Notes: generated from the letters alone by a model not told the origin. Positions 47,865 through 59,342 are shown, counted from the stretch's first letter. The stretch is 64,000 bases of DNA from Thomasclavelia sp. (GCF_047249845.1 NZ_JBKTWO010000005.1:15397-79396); one strand, 5' to 3'. Numbers and translations are program-made.

Positions 47865-49367
47865 CTAGTTTAATCCTTTTACATCACTATCTGTAAGTTT
47901 CTTACCATTCTCTATTTTATCAATTACTTTAATAATTTTATTTAAAACTTTTTTATCTGGAATTGTAATATATGTTTTTTTACCCTTTTGTGAATAGGTA
48001 TCATAGCTTTTATCACCTTCTCCAGTAATTTGAACATTAAAAATTTCCCAATTAGCCATATCATCTAACTGCATATTAACTAGAGATTTAATATCGTCAC
48101 TAGTCATATCTGTTTCAAAACTACCTTCAACAGCAGACAATATATTATTATAATTAGTTATAATCTTTGGAGACATAGCTTTTTTAAGCATTGCTTTTAA
48201 TAATCTTTGCTGATTTTTACCACGATCAAAATCGCCACCAGGTAAAGCATACCTTTCTCTTACAAAACATAATGCTTTATCCCCACTCATCTCATTAATA
48301 CCCTTTTTAATTTTATAGTTACCATGCAAAGTTGTAAATTCATATGGTGATTCTACTTCAACACCACCTAATGCATCAATAATGTTGGTAATTCCGCTAA
48401 AATTAGTTTTTGCATAATAATTAACTTTTAATTTTAAGAAATCTTCTAGTGTTTGTATCGTTTCATTGATTCCATACATTGCAGAATGAGTTATTTTATC
48501 CATCTTTCCATTTTTATGTAAATTTATTTGTGTATCACGTGGAACACTAACCATTAAAACTTGTTTTTCAATTGGATTGACACAAACTACTAAATTAACA
48601 TCTGCCCTTGATATTGTAGATACTGATCCATATGTATCTATCCCTGTTAAATATACAATAAATGGGTTTTCTGTCACATCAGTTTTTGTAGTTACTGTTT
48701 CCAATTTTTCTTGAACTTCCATTTTATAAACTAATCTAGTTTCATCTGTAAAACTTTCATGATTTGTTTCTAATACTCCTAAATATGATTGATCAGCAAC
48801 AATACAATCAACTTCTCCTTCATATAATGCATCAGCCAATTCTGCATAATCATCATAATTTTTCTTTTCCGGTTCTTTATCAATCTTATCCTGAATTTGT
48901 GCTAAAGCATTTGTAATATCAGAAATACTAGTCTTATTTTCAATACCAAAAGTCTTTCCCTTCAAATCTGTGACTTTTTGTATATCACCATTTTTCATAG
49001 CATATACAGCAATAACTCGAGTTTGCATAAAAGCACTCGTTATATTGCTGATAAAATTATCACCAATCGATGCATATACACTTCCAGTTATAAATAAAGC
49101 AGATAATAATATACTGACTAGTTTACTTATAAATATTCTTTTATACGATCCTGTACGTCTTTTCTTTCTAGCTCCAGAAGTTATCCAAATCATTTCTATA
49201 AATAACAATAACAACAATATAACTACTAAGCTAAAATAATATTTAACTGGTACCATCTTTAATACATAAATATATCTTAAAAATATAATTGTAGTAATTA
49301 ATTGTATTGTTAATATTACCCCTTTTGAAGTAAATTTAGAAAATAAACTTTTTTTCTTTTTTCTCAC
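47865..49367 (-). CDS. LCP (LytR-CpsA-Psr) glycopolymer ligase
   Basis: Three TMs; GID, RADVN, PRD, DKITH, FVRERY and DRGKNQ motifs. Confidence 0.92.
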   Translation of the reverse strand: MRKKKKSLFSKFTSKGVILTIQLITTIIFLRYIYVLKMVPVKYYFSLVVILLLLLFIEMIWITSGARKKRRTGSYKRIFISKLVSILLSALFITGSVYASIGDNFISNITSAFMQTRVIAVYAMKNGDIQKVTDLKGKTFGIENKTSISDITNALAQIQDKIDKEPEKKNYDDYAELADALYEGEVDCIVADQSYLGVLETNHESFTDETRLVYKMEVQEKLETVTTKTDVTENPFIVYLTGIDTYGSVSTISRADVNLVVCVNPIEKQVLMVSVPRDTQINLHKNGKMDKITHSAMYGINETIQTLEDFLKLKVNYYAKTNFSGITNIIDALGGVEVESPYEFTTLHGNYKIKKGINEMSGDKALCFVRERYALPGGDFDRGKNQQRLLKAMLKKAMSPKIITNYNNILSAVEGSFETDMTSDDIKSLVNMQLDDMANWEIFNVQITGEGDKSYDTYSQKGKKTYITIPDKKVLNKIIKVIDKIENGKKLTDSDVKGLN

Positions 49368-49471
49368 TATTTTTCACCTCATAATCACTTTTTATCTTAG
49401 CACACTAACAAGTCATATCAAAGGGCTTTTTGTCTAATATATTGAAAGAGCTTCATATAGAAGCTCTTCTT

Positions 49472-50968
49472 TTAATTACCTAATCCTTCTAAATCATCCT
49501 CACTGATTGTTCCACCTTGTTCAACTGTATCAATAAGTTTCTTTATTTTTTTAACTTGTTTAACATTTGGTTTCATTACATATACTTCAGTTCCCCACAT
49601 AGAATAAGTTTTACTTGTTTGATAACCATTTCCTTGAACTTGAACATTGTACATTGTCCAATCTGACATATCATTTAATTGCATATTCAGTAAAGATTTA
49701 ATTTCCTTACTCGACATATCTGTTTCAAAACTACCTTCGATTGCACTTAAGATATTATTAAAATTTGTAATAATTTTAGGAGACATAGCTTTATCCAACA
49801 TTGCTTTTAATATCTTCTGTTGATTTCTACCACGATCAAAATCTCCATTAGGTAATGAATATCGCTCTCTTACAAAGCATAATGCTTTATCACCATTCAT
49901 TTCATTTATACCTTTTTCTATTTGATAATTACCATGTAATGTTTTAAATTTATAATCAGAATCTACCGTTATGCCACCTAAAGCATCAACAATATTTGTC
50001 ATTCCACTAAAATTAGTTCTTGCAAAATAATTTATTTGAACATCCAAGAAATCCTCAATTGTACTAATTGTTTCACTAGTTCCATAAATTCCTGTATGTG
50101 TTAATTTATCCATTTTGCCATTTTTGTTTAATTTTATTTCACAGTCACGAGGAATACTTGTCATTAATATCTGTTTAGATTTAGGATTAACAGTTACAAT
50201 CAAATTAACATCACTACGTGCTACTGTATTAACACTACCATATGTATCTATTCCTGTTACATAAACTGTAAACGGTTTTTCTGTTACATCAGTTTGTTTT
50301 GTTGTAACATGTAGCTTTGCATCATACTCATAAGATTTGATAATTTTTGTCTCGTCATCAAAACCTTCATGATTTGCTTCTAACATAGATTTATATTCTT
50401 GTCCTACGACTATAGCATCTACTTCATCATTATATAAAGCATCAGCCAAAGTTGAATAGTCATCAAATTTTGTAAGCTCTTGTTCTCCTATCTCTTCTTC
50501 CAAATCAGAAATAGCTTTAGCAATAGTAGTCGTATCGTGCTGATATGAAACTCCAAATTTTTTTCCATTTAATTGACTTAATTTTGTTATACTGTTTTTT
50601 TTCATAGTAATTACAGAAATTAAATACTTTTGATTCTTAGCATCAGATACATTATCAAAAAAATCATTACCTCTTATAGTATATGTTGTCCCTACCATCA
50701 ATAATATACTTATTAGTAAACTTACAATTTTTGTTATTACTGAACGTTTACTTCGTAATCCTTCTTTTTGTTTTTTTTGTCCACTTAACATTATCAAGAA
50801 AAATATAATAATTAAAATTGCTAATGTAACAGTTATTGGGGTTAGGTATTTTAAAGGCACTAAATCTAATTTAAATATAAAATATGTAAACACTGCAGTT
50901 GATATCAATTGCACTGTTAAAATCAAATATTTAGAAGTAATAAATTTTATAAACTTATTTTCTTTCAT
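49472..50968 (-). CDS. LCP glycopolymer ligase, tandem paralogue
   Basis: RSDVN, IPRD, DKLTH, FVRERY and DRGRNQ motifs. Confidence 0.92.
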   Translation of the reverse strand: MKENKFIKFITSKYLILTVQLISTAVFTYFIFKLDLVPLKYLTPITVTLAILIIIFFLIMLSGQKKQKEGLRSKRSVITKIVSLLISILLMVGTTYTIRGNDFFDNVSDAKNQKYLISVITMKKNSITKLSQLNGKKFGVSYQHDTTTIAKAISDLEEEIGEQELTKFDDYSTLADALYNDEVDAIVVGQEYKSMLEANHEGFDDETKIIKSYEYDAKLHVTTKQTDVTEKPFTVYVTGIDTYGSVNTVARSDVNLIVTVNPKSKQILMTSIPRDCEIKLNKNGKMDKLTHTGIYGTSETISTIEDFLDVQINYFARTNFSGMTNIVDALGGITVDSDYKFKTLHGNYQIEKGINEMNGDKALCFVRERYSLPNGDFDRGRNQQKILKAMLDKAMSPKIITNFNNILSAIEGSFETDMSSKEIKSLLNMQLNDMSDWTMYNVQVQGNGYQTSKTYSMWGTEVYVMKPNVKQVKKIKKLIDTVEQGGTISEDDLEGLGN

Positions 50969-51243
50969 GTGACCTCCTCAGATTTACATTTATTTTGTTA
51001 AATAATACCATATTATTTTTTATAATACAAATTAATGATTGATTTAGAAGAAAAATTAAGATTTTTGTAAGAATCATTAATATTTCAAGTATATATTTTT
51101 AAAATTTAAACAAATATTTATTATTCCTTATTATATCTGCTTTTTAAAGTGTTATACTATAAAAAGGGAGGGGTAAAGATAAAACCACTAATTTTATAAT
51201 TCTGATTAGGTAAGTAAGATCGATTTTTCTATAAATAACTTGA

Positions 51244-51293
51244 TTCGACAACACTCGTGATAAACCCTTAAAATTCGTTAATTTTTAACGAAT
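51244..51293. promoter_or_regulatory. 0A boxes upstream of spo0A
   Basis: TTCGACA (= TGTCGAA on the minus strand) at 51244-51250; inverted near-matches attcgttaa/ttaacgaat at 51273-51293. Confidence 0.6.
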
Positions 51294-51433
51294 AAACACG
51301 AAACTTTTATCAATATAGAAAACTTCATTCCCTACTTTTCTAAATCTCCAAATTTATATAAATAAAGCCTTTTCTCTTTGTTACTGTATAAATATAATAA
51401 ATTTTGTCACTAAAACGAAAGGGGAATACAAAG

Positions 51434-52249
51434 ATGACAGATGTAAAAAAATACACAGTGTATATTTTAGAAGAAAACAAAGAATTATTAAATAATATTA
51501 AAGAGAGCTTAATTAAAACTACAAATTTTACTGTAGTTGGTACTAGTGATAATGCTACTAGTTGCCTTAACTATTTATCAACTAATAATTGTGATTTATT
51601 AATTATTGACCTAATGCTAACTAATATTGATGGAATAGGTGTTTTAAACAAATTAAAAGAAGTTAATAGTCGTGCGTATAATAAAGTAGTTTGTATTACA
51701 AGTTTTACAAATCCATTAATTTGTGAAAGTTTAGAAAAATTAAATGTAAGTTATTGTTTTAAGCAACCATTTGATATTAATTATTTTACTACTACTTTAA
51801 ATTCCATTATGAAAGTAACATTAGAAGACATAAAAGACATGTCACAAAACGAATCTGAAAAGTATAAAAAAATAAAATTAGAGAATGAAATTACAGAAAT
51901 ATTACATGAAGTTGGCATTCCTGCCCATATTAAAGGATACATGTATTTAAGAACAGCAATATTATCTACTTATTACAATATTGAGTTATTAGGTCAAGTT
52001 ACCAAAGTTCTTTATCCTGACATTGCACGTCAATATAGTACAACTGCTTCAAGAGTTGAAAGAGCTATTCGTCATGCAATTGAAGTTGCTTGGAATCGCG
52101 GTAATACTGACGCAATTGATGACATTTTTGGTTATACTGTTAGTGCTACAAAATCTAAACCTACAAACTCTGAATTTATTGCTATGATTGCTGATAAGTT
52201 ACGTTTGGAACATCAAACCAAGGCTGCTAGCCGTCACAGTTATTTATAA
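51434..52249 (+). CDS. spo0A: Sporulation master regulator Spo0A
   Basis: Receiver domain plus [36 protein letters not shown] and [12 protein letters not shown] at 51434 follows an AGGGG RBS. Confidence 0.95.
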   Translation: MTDVKKYTVYILEENKELLNNIKESLIKTTNFTVVGTSDNATSCLNYLSTNNCDLLIIDLMLTNIDGIGVLNKLKEVNSRAYNKVVCITSFTNPLICESLEKLNVSYCFKQPFDINYFTTTLNSIMKVTLEDIKDMSQNESEKYKKIKLENEITEILHEVGIPAHIKGYMYLRTAILSTYYNIELLGQVTKVLYPDIARQYSTTASRVERAIRHAIEVAWNRGNTDAIDDIFGYTVSATKSKPTNSEFIAMIADKLRLEHQTKAASRHSYL

Positions 52250-52280
52250 TTATATTTTTAGTAAAAAAATCACGAGACAA

Positions 52281-52304
52281 AGAGACCGCAAAATGACGGT
52301 CTCT
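52281..52304 (+). terminator. Terminator after spo0A
   Basis: agagaccg...cggtctct stem. Confidence 0.55.
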
Positions 52305-52665
52305 TCATTTATATATAAGATTTGATTATGTATGAGATTTATAAGTTTTAATAATTATTTACGTGTTATTTATATAAATTGATAAAAAAAAAGTCTGATT
52401 TTTTCATATTAGTGAAAGCTCTGACTTTTTTAGTACCTTTTTGATCAGGTGTTTTTTTATTTAATTTGTAATTATCTATATCAATTTAAAATATTACGAT
52501 TTATTGTTAAAACATTTTTAAAGATAGTTATAAACTTATCTTATAATAATTTAACTTTTAATTAGTTAAATATTTGTTATATATTCACTCATAAGATCAA
52601 AAAGGTCTTTCACCTTCTTACACCATAAATTAAATAACTATAACTCACTTAACTGTGTTTAATCA

Positions 52666-53412
52666 TTAGTATTTATATTTTGATAATACAATATCTACAA
52701 TCTTTGAAATAAATTCAGAATTGCAAGGTTTATATTTTGCTCTATATCCAAATAATTTTTGTAATACATCCTGATTTCCATTTAACCATGTAACTTTTAT
52801 TAGATGTCTGATTGCCTGTTCTACTCTTGACGATGTAGTTCCATATTCTCTAGCTATACTTGGATATAACCCTTTTGTTACCTCATTTAATAAATTAATA
52901 TTATTACAAACATTATAAATACCTGTAACTACATAATTATATCCTTTTAAATGACGCGGTGCTCCCATTTCTATAAAAAGATTATTTATTTCAGTTTTTA
53001 TTGCTAACTCTATATTATCTTTGTTATTATGTGAATTACTTTTAGATATTCTATCTATTATCTCCATAAAATATTCTACATTGAAAGGTTTTCTTAAACA
53101 ATAATCCATTGGTAAATTGTCTAACATCTCAAATACTAATGAATTAAAATCGCTAATACATACCAATTGCTTAAATGCTTCAAGATTACTTTTTCTCAAA
53201 TGATTTATAATTCCAATCGCATCAATATTAGTTAGCATTAAATCTACTATAAACATATCAGTTTCATGATTTAGCAAATAATTTAAACACTGTATCCCAC
53301 TTTCAAAAGACGCTACAACTTCATATTTTTTATTACTATTTATTTTATTTACTAAACTTTCATTTAATAAATAATCCTCTATTAAAACTACAATGCGTAC
53401 TCTCTCATTCAT
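52666..53412 (-). CDS. Diverged Spo0A paralogue
   Basis: Receiver VDLMLTNID..., RKPF; Spo0A_C GAPRHLKGY, LYPSIA, SRVEQAIRH and KPCNSEFI. Confidence 0.88.
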   Translation of the reverse strand: MNERVRIVVLIEDYLLNESLVNKINSNKKYEVVASFESGIQCLNYLLNHETDMFIVDLMLTNIDAIGIINHLRKSNLEAFKQLVCISDFNSLVFEMLDNLPMDYCLRKPFNVEYFMEIIDRISKSNSHNNKDNIELAIKTEINNLFIEMGAPRHLKGYNYVVTGIYNVCNNINLLNEVTKGLYPSIAREYGTTSSRVEQAIRHLIKVTWLNGNQDVLQKLFGYRAKYKPCNSEFISKIVDIVLSKYKY

Positions 53413-53622
53413 TTCTTAACTACTAAGTGTTTTTTGTACACTTCTCCTCCCCTTTTTATCTTTATCCCTCAATTAATATTATAAGTTAATTAACACCGTA
53501 TTCTTTTAATAATTCTTATATTTTTTTCAAAATAATAAAATAATTTATCAACATTAAATACATATTTAATTACAATTTTTATTTCAAAACACTGTAAAAT
53601 AAATCATGCTAGTCCCATCTTA

Positions 53623-54264
53623 CTATTTAAATAAAGCGCTACCAATTCTTATCATTGTTGCTCCATATTCAAGAGCTATTTGGTAATCATTTGACATTCC
53701 CATTGATAATTCATTTAATGAATATTCTGGAAATTCTAATTTCAATTTATCTAATAATTCCTTAGTTTGTTTAAAATACTTTCGAGTTTTTTCAGGTTCA
53801 ATATTTGGTGCCATCATCATCAATCCCTCTACTTTAATATGAGGATAATTTTTTAGACATCTTAATACATCTTCAACTTCTTCAATTTCAAATCCATGCT
53901 TGCTCTCCTCTTTTGCTACATTAACCTGAATTAAAATTCTTGCTACGATATCATGTTTTTTAGCTTGTTTTTCAATCTCCTTTATTAAAGAATAACTATC
54001 GACTGAATGAATTAAACTAACTTTATCAATAATATATTTTACTTTATTTGCCTGCAATGTTCCTATCATATGAAATTCACAGTTGCCCTCATATTTTTCA
54101 TATTTTTCTAATAATGCTTGTACCCTATTTTCTCCAAAATATTTTACTCCTAATTCTTCTAACTTATTAATTTCATCTATACCTACATACTTAGTTGCTG
54201 CAACCAATTTTACACTTTTAAGTTCATTTACTAATTTTTCTACCTCTAATTCATTTACCTCCAT
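53623..54264 (-). CDS. yggS: PLP homeostasis protein YggS
   Basis: VAATK, FGENRVQ, HMIGTLQ.NK, LSMGMSNDY and RIGS motifs. Confidence 0.95.
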   Translation of the reverse strand: MEVNELEVEKLVNELKSVKLVAATKYVGIDEINKLEELGVKYFGENRVQALLEKYEKYEGNCEFHMIGTLQANKVKYIIDKVSLIHSVDSYSLIKEIEKQAKKHDIVARILIQVNVAKEESKHGFEIEEVEDVLRCLKNYPHIKVEGLMMMAPNIEPEKTRKYFKQTKELLDKLKLEFPEYSLNELSMGMSNDYQIALEYGATMIRIGSALFK

Positions 54265-54660
54265 TATATTCCCCTTCTTTCATTTTCCTCTAATATACTA
54301 TATCCCCTATTCGTTTCATTCCTTATAAAAAATAGACACCTACAATATATTATCATTAATCATCACCTTTTCTCAACACATTTTTCAATTATTTATAATT
54401 TTGTGACAATTTTGTGATATTTAAATCATCTTATCCATATTTTTTCTTATTTTAATGATTTAAATTGACTATATGAGAAAAAGCTATAACATTAGTTAAA
54501 ATTTTTATTAGTTCAATAAATATACTCTATTTAACAAATTAAAGTCATTAATATCTAGAAAATACTGCACTAAATTACTAAAATAATTAATAACATATTT
54601 CATTATGCTATCATAAATCAAATTTAACCAATACAATAGCCATAATATATTTTATTATGT

Positions 54661-54696
54661 TTTTTAAAACTCACAATAAATTGTGAGTTTTAAAAA
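54661..54696. terminator. Hairpin downstream of metG, probable terminator
   Basis: tttttaaaactcacaat/attgtgagttttaaaaa inverted repeat. Confidence 0.55.
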
Positions 54697-54857
54697 TACA
54701 ATTAAAAAAAATCTGTAAATTAATCTTAAATTAGTTTATTTCTTTACAGACTTTTCATCTTTTAAATAATATTATAAAAAACACATAGTATTAGAATTGG
54801 TTACCCACAATATATAGTTAGAGCTAGTTATTTTTCTAATTTATTACATTATCTTTT

Positions 54858-56792
54858 CTAATGTATCTTTGTTCCATTTGGTAAATCTCTAATATTAACA
54901 ACTTCCATTATTCCTTTTTTATCTCCTGCTAAAATCATTCCCTGTGATTCAATTCCACGCAACTTTGCAGGTTTTAAATTAGCCACTACAATTACCTTTT
55001 TTCCAACAAACTCTTCTGGTGTAAAATAGTCTGCTATACCACTAACAATTTGTCTTGTTTCTTTACCTATATTAATTTTAGATATTAAAAGCTTATCAGC
55101 ATCAGGATGTTTTTTACATTCCTCAACTGTACCAACAATTAATTCTACTTTTTTAAATTCTTCAATCGTTATTAAATTATCTTCTTTTTTCTCTTTTGTA
55201 GATTTTTTTACAGAATATAATTCCTCAACTTTTTTTTGTATTTCTTTTGAATCCAAACGTGCAAATAACATTTCTGGTTTTTCAACAACTTTAGTTCCAA
55301 CTTGATATAAACCAAATTTATTTAATGCTAATAAATCTCTTTGATCCGTATTTAACTGATCCAAAATCTTATTTGCTGTTGAAGGCATAAATGGAATTAG
55401 TGCAACAGCTGCAAAACGTATACTCTCAACTAAATTATACAGTACAGTTGCTAAACGTTCCTTCTTATCCTCATCTTTTGCTAATAACCAAGGAGTTGTT
55501 TCATCAATATATTTATTTGTTCTTCTAAGAAGTGTAAAGATTTCATCTAAAGCATCTGAAGATTTAAATTCATTCATTTTTGCAATAACTTTTTTTGGCA
55601 TTGCTAAAGCAACTTCTATTAGATCCTCATCAACAGCTTCTTTAATTTCTGGATTATTAACTAATCCTCCAAAATATTTATTTGACATTGCAATTGTTCT
55701 ATTAACTAAATTACCAAGAATATTAGCTAAATCAGAGTTTATTCTTTCTACTAATAAATCCCAAGTAATACTACCATCATTATCATATGGTATCTCATGC
55801 AAGACATAATATCTAACTGCATCAACACCAAAAATATCAACTAAATCATCAGCATAAATTACATTTCCTTTTGATTTAGACATTTTACTTTCACCTTGTA
55901 ACAACCAAGGATGACCAAATACTTGTTTTGGTAAAGGAATGTCCAAAGCCATTAGCATAATTGGCCAATAAATCGTATGAAAACGAACAATATCTTTACC
56001 AATTAAATGCAAGTCTGCTGGCCAATATTTTTTATATAAATCACCATGATTTCCATCAACATCGTAACCTAATCCTGTTATATAGTTACTTAGTGCATCA
56101 ATCCATACATAAACAACATGTTTTGGATCAAAATCCACTGGAATTGACCAACTAAACGAAGTTCTAGAAACACATAAATCTTGTAATCCTGGCTTTAAAA
56201 AATTATTCATCATTTCATTTTTACGTGACACCGGTTGAATAAATTCAGGATGTGTTTCAATATGCTCAATCAATCGATCAGCATATTTTGAAAGTTTGAA
56301 GAAATATGCTTCTTCTTTAGCATCATGTACCTCTCCATCACAGTCAGGACATTTGCCATCTACTAATTGTGACTCAGTAAAAAAGGATTCACAGGCAGTA
56401 CAATATTTTCCTTCATAGTGACCTAAATATATATCACCCTGATCAAAAAGTTTTTTAAATATTTTTTGGACTTGTAATTTATGATAGTCATTTGTTGTTC
56501 TCATAAACTTATCGTATGTTGTATCCATCAAATCCCAAATTCTTTTTACCTCAGCAGCTTTTTCATCAACAAACTGCTTTGGTTCTATACCTGCTTCTTT
56601 TGCTTTTAATTCTATTTTTTGTCCATGTTCATCTGTTCCCGTTTGAAAATATACATTATATCCTTGTTGACGTTTAAAACGAGCAATAGCATCGGCTAAA
56701 ATAATCTCATAGGTATTTCCAATATGAGGTTTACCTGAAGTATAAGTAATAGCTGTAGTTAAATAATAATCTTTTTCATTTTTCATTTGCAT
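54858..56792 (-). CDS. metG: Methionyl-tRNA synthetase with C-terminal tRNA-binding domain
   Basis: HIGN, GTDEHG, YVWIDAL and KMSKS motifs; C-terminal HPDADKL...SQGM. Confidence 0.97.
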   Translation of the reverse strand: MQMKNEKDYYLTTAITYTSGKPHIGNTYEIILADAIARFKRQQGYNVYFQTGTDEHGQKIELKAKEAGIEPKQFVDEKAAEVKRIWDLMDTTYDKFMRTTNDYHKLQVQKIFKKLFDQGDIYLGHYEGKYCTACESFFTESQLVDGKCPDCDGEVHDAKEEAYFFKLSKYADRLIEHIETHPEFIQPVSRKNEMMNNFLKPGLQDLCVSRTSFSWSIPVDFDPKHVVYVWIDALSNYITGLGYDVDGNHGDLYKKYWPADLHLIGKDIVRFHTIYWPIMLMALDIPLPKQVFGHPWLLQGESKMSKSKGNVIYADDLVDIFGVDAVRYYVLHEIPYDNDGSITWDLLVERINSDLANILGNLVNRTIAMSNKYFGGLVNNPEIKEAVDEDLIEVALAMPKKVIAKMNEFKSSDALDEIFTLLRRTNKYIDETTPWLLAKDEDKKERLATVLYNLVESIRFAAVALIPFMPSTANKILDQLNTDQRDLLALNKFGLYQVGTKVVEKPEMLFARLDSKEIQKKVEELYSVKKSTKEKKEDNLITIEEFKKVELIVGTVEECKKHPDADKLLISKINIGKETRQIVSGIADYFTPEEFVGKKVIVVANLKPAKLRGIESQGMILAGDKKGIMEVVNIRDLPNGTKIH

Positions 56793-56804
56793 CTCTCCTT
56801 TAAA

Positions 56805-57013
56805 TAAAAAAACGCCCCATAAAAGGACGAATTATCGCGGTACCACCTTTTTTACACAAATGTGTCACTCAAAACTTTTAACGCAAGTTAAACGTTTATC
56901 TTTAACTATTCAAGATAACAGCTCCGGGGCCATCACATAAAGTTTAACTCTTAGTTTCCACCTGCCACTAAGTCTCTATAAGCGCCACTTTAACATTTTC
57001 CCATCTATGCTTT
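56805..57013 (-). ncRNA. T-box riboswitch (Met specifier)
   Basis: AAGGTGGTACCGCG T-box (56836-56849), terminator plus U-tract, stem I AGAGA/GGTGGAA motifs, ATG specifier; TTGACA-17-TAAAGT promoter at 57050-57022. Confidence 0.9.
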
Positions 57014-57125
57014 TCTATTTTACTTTAACAAACTATGAAACTAATGTCAAACTAATTTTAATTACTAAACATAATTTTATTATATACCTATTGAGTATAT
57101 TATATTCTTATAATTTATGTAAGTT

Positions 57126-57141
57126 TGTTTCACGTGAAACA
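57126..57141. other. parS site
   Basis: TGTTTCACGTGAAACA, perfect consensus. Confidence 0.93.
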
Positions 57142-57144
57142 AAC

Positions 57145-57780
57145 TTATGCTTTCCATGTTTGATTTAATTCCATATATATTTTTTGCATTTCCATATCTG
57201 TTTCTGCCATCAAATCAGCACATCTTTTTAGCCTTTTTTGAATATCCCCATTAGTTTCCTTAGCTCCCTTATATGCTAATTCATGCTCCAATGATGCCCA
57301 ACAATCCATTGCAATTGTTCTAATTTGTATTTCAACTGGAATAAATATCACCCCACTCTTTTGATATACGGGAACTTTTATTATTAAATGTAAACTACGA
57401 TAACCATTATTTTTAGGATATTGAATATAATTAGATTGCTTTATTTGGATAACATCATCATGTAAAACTAATAACTGAGCAATATATTGAATATCATTAA
57501 TATAATTACATATTACTCTTAATCCTGCAATATCATTTAATTGACACATTCCTCGATAATTTTGTTTTAATCCTTTTCTTTTCATTTTCTCTAAAATGCT
57601 TGCAGGTGATTTAATTCTACTTTGAATATTATGAATAGGACTATATTCACATTTCAGCTTTAATTCTTCATCTATTATTTCTAACTTAGTTTTAACTATT
57701 TTTATTGCTGCTTTATATGGCTGCATTAATAAATTAAAATCTGTCTGATACTGATAATTATTAACTATATCTTTATTCAT
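57145..57780 (-). CDS. Small alarmone synthetase (RelP/RelQ-like)
   Basis: SRIKS..SI, DIAGLR, PK.NGYRSLH and EIQIRT.AMD.WASLEH motifs. Confidence 0.92.
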   Translation of the reverse strand: MNKDIVNNYQYQTDFNLLMQPYKAAIKIVKTKLEIIDEELKLKCEYSPIHNIQSRIKSPASILEKMKRKGLKQNYRGMCQLNDIAGLRVICNYINDIQYIAQLLVLHDDVIQIKQSNYIQYPKNNGYRSLHLIIKVPVYQKSGVIFIPVEIQIRTIAMDCWASLEHELAYKGAKETNGDIQKRLKRCADLMAETDMEMQKIYMELNQTWKA

Positions 57781-57936
57781 TTTGTTAGCCGAGAAGAAAT
57801 CTCGGCCCTCCTTTCATATATTAATAATTTAATTGAGTATTATCTATACTCTCTCCATTGATAATTATATTATTAACTTTAATCATTAATACATCAAAAT
57901 TATGGATATTTATGTTAAAAAAAACGCTAGTAGTGT

Positions 57937-59256
57937 CTAGCGTATAACATTCTTTAATTCAAAATATTGGCTCAAAGTATCTAAAGTAACAAATTGATAT
58001 CCACGTTTATCCAATTCCTCTAATGCCATTTCTAATCCATCTATTGTAAATGTATGGATATCATGGATTAATATAACTGCACCATTGAATGCATTATTTA
58101 CTATAGCATCTTTTATCTTATTGGCATCTTTTAATTTCCAATCCTCAGTATCCAAATTCCATAATGCAATTTTCATACCATTATTAGCAATAGCTTCTTT
58201 TGATACACTATTAGTAGCTCCATATGGAGGTCTAATAATTTTAGGTTCAAAACCAGTAATCCTAAATATTTCATTTTGTGTATCAATAATTTGTTTATTT
58301 ACACCATTTATATCTAGTTTTCTTAAATCAGGATGATCCCAAGAATGGCTACCAATTTCAAACCCATGTTCATAAACTGTTTTAACTACATCGGGATATA
58401 ATTTAACATTTTTTCCTAACATTAAAAATGTTGCACGTCCATTATATTTTTCAAATAATTCAATTGTCCTTTGTGTATTTGTTTTATGTGGTCCATCATC
58501 TAGGGTTATTGCAACCATCTTTTTATTTGGATCTATTTTAGGTTGCGCAGCAGGTTTAGCTACATCTAATGGTGCATAAGAAGGAATGTTTTTATTTGCT
58601 AATTTAATAAAATCTTTATTTTCCTCATAATTTATTTCTACCTTTTCTTTTAAGGTTTCATCTGTATAAATAACTAATTTTGACTTTTCAACTCTTATAT
58701 TTGAATTATCAGAATTTATTTTATCAATTCCATTTATACCTATTAATGAAGTTTTATATAGATTTCTTAAACAATCATCAACTGTTAATACTGTATTATT
58801 TTTCAAATCATAGGAAAACAATTTATTTGTAGTTGATATAAGCTTTTCATCTTCATTAAATTTCTCAATTTTCAAATTTAAATTAACAAATTGATTATAT
58901 ACTTCATCTATTGAATAATCCATATACAAAATATCTTTACTATTTTTATTAACTTTTTGCTGTTTTATGTAATTTTTATAATACTGATTTATTATATTAT
59001 TAAAACTTTTATTCTCAGTTTTAGGATAATATAACGATATATACATACTCTCAGTTTCATCTTTATAATGTTCTACATTTCCAACACCTTTATTTTTCTC
59101 ATCATATACATTGTATTTATCATATACATTATCTTTGTTTATAAACCAAAATAATCCTCCTATAATAATTGTTAGTACGACTATAATTATTATTATGAAA
59201 ACCATTCTTTTTTTATTAAAATTATCTCTCTTTATTGTATACTCATATTTCATCAA
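57937..59256 (-). CDS. Membrane-anchored CE4 polysaccharide/peptidoglycan deacetylase (PgdA-like)
   Basis: TLDDGP, HSWDH, RPPYG, DTEDW and LIHD motifs. Confidence 0.9.
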   Translation of the reverse strand: MMKYEYTIKRDNFNKKRMVFIIIIIVVLTIIIGGLFWFINKDNVYDKYNVYDEKNKGVGNVEHYKDETESMYISLYYPKTENKSFNNIINQYYKNYIKQQKVNKNSKDILYMDYSIDEVYNQFVNLNLKIEKFNEDEKLISTTNKLFSYDLKNNTVLTVDDCLRNLYKTSLIGINGIDKINSDNSNIRVEKSKLVIYTDETLKEKVEINYEENKDFIKLANKNIPSYAPLDVAKPAAQPKIDPNKKMVAITLDDGPHKTNTQRTIELFEKYNGRATFLMLGKNVKLYPDVVKTVYEHGFEIGSHSWDHPDLRKLDINGVNKQIIDTQNEIFRITGFEPKIIRPPYGATNSVSKEAIANNGMKIALWNLDTEDWKLKDANKIKDAIVNNAFNGAVILIHDIHTFTIDGLEMALEELDKRGYQFVTLDTLSQYFELKNVIR

Positions 59257-59342
59257 ATTTCCCTATCCTTTCATTATTATATAATACTTTATTTCACAAA
59301 TTAAATCAAATTAATAAACTATTTTAAAATCTTAATTCTTAA

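Noticed and set aside
51404..51433. Upstream TTG start for spo0A given in the ORF track
   Set aside because: The AGGGG Shine-Dalgarno lies inside this extension and fits the ATG at 51434.
54805..54820. NrdR-box-like sequence ccacaatatatagtta
   Set aside because: Single AT-rich match just downstream of metG, with no ribonucleotide reductase gene nearby.
57145..57780. Toxic small alarmone synthetase (toxSAS) module
   Set aside because: It has typical RelP/RelQ housekeeping motifs, sits in a core-gene neighbourhood and has no adjacent antitoxin-like ORF.
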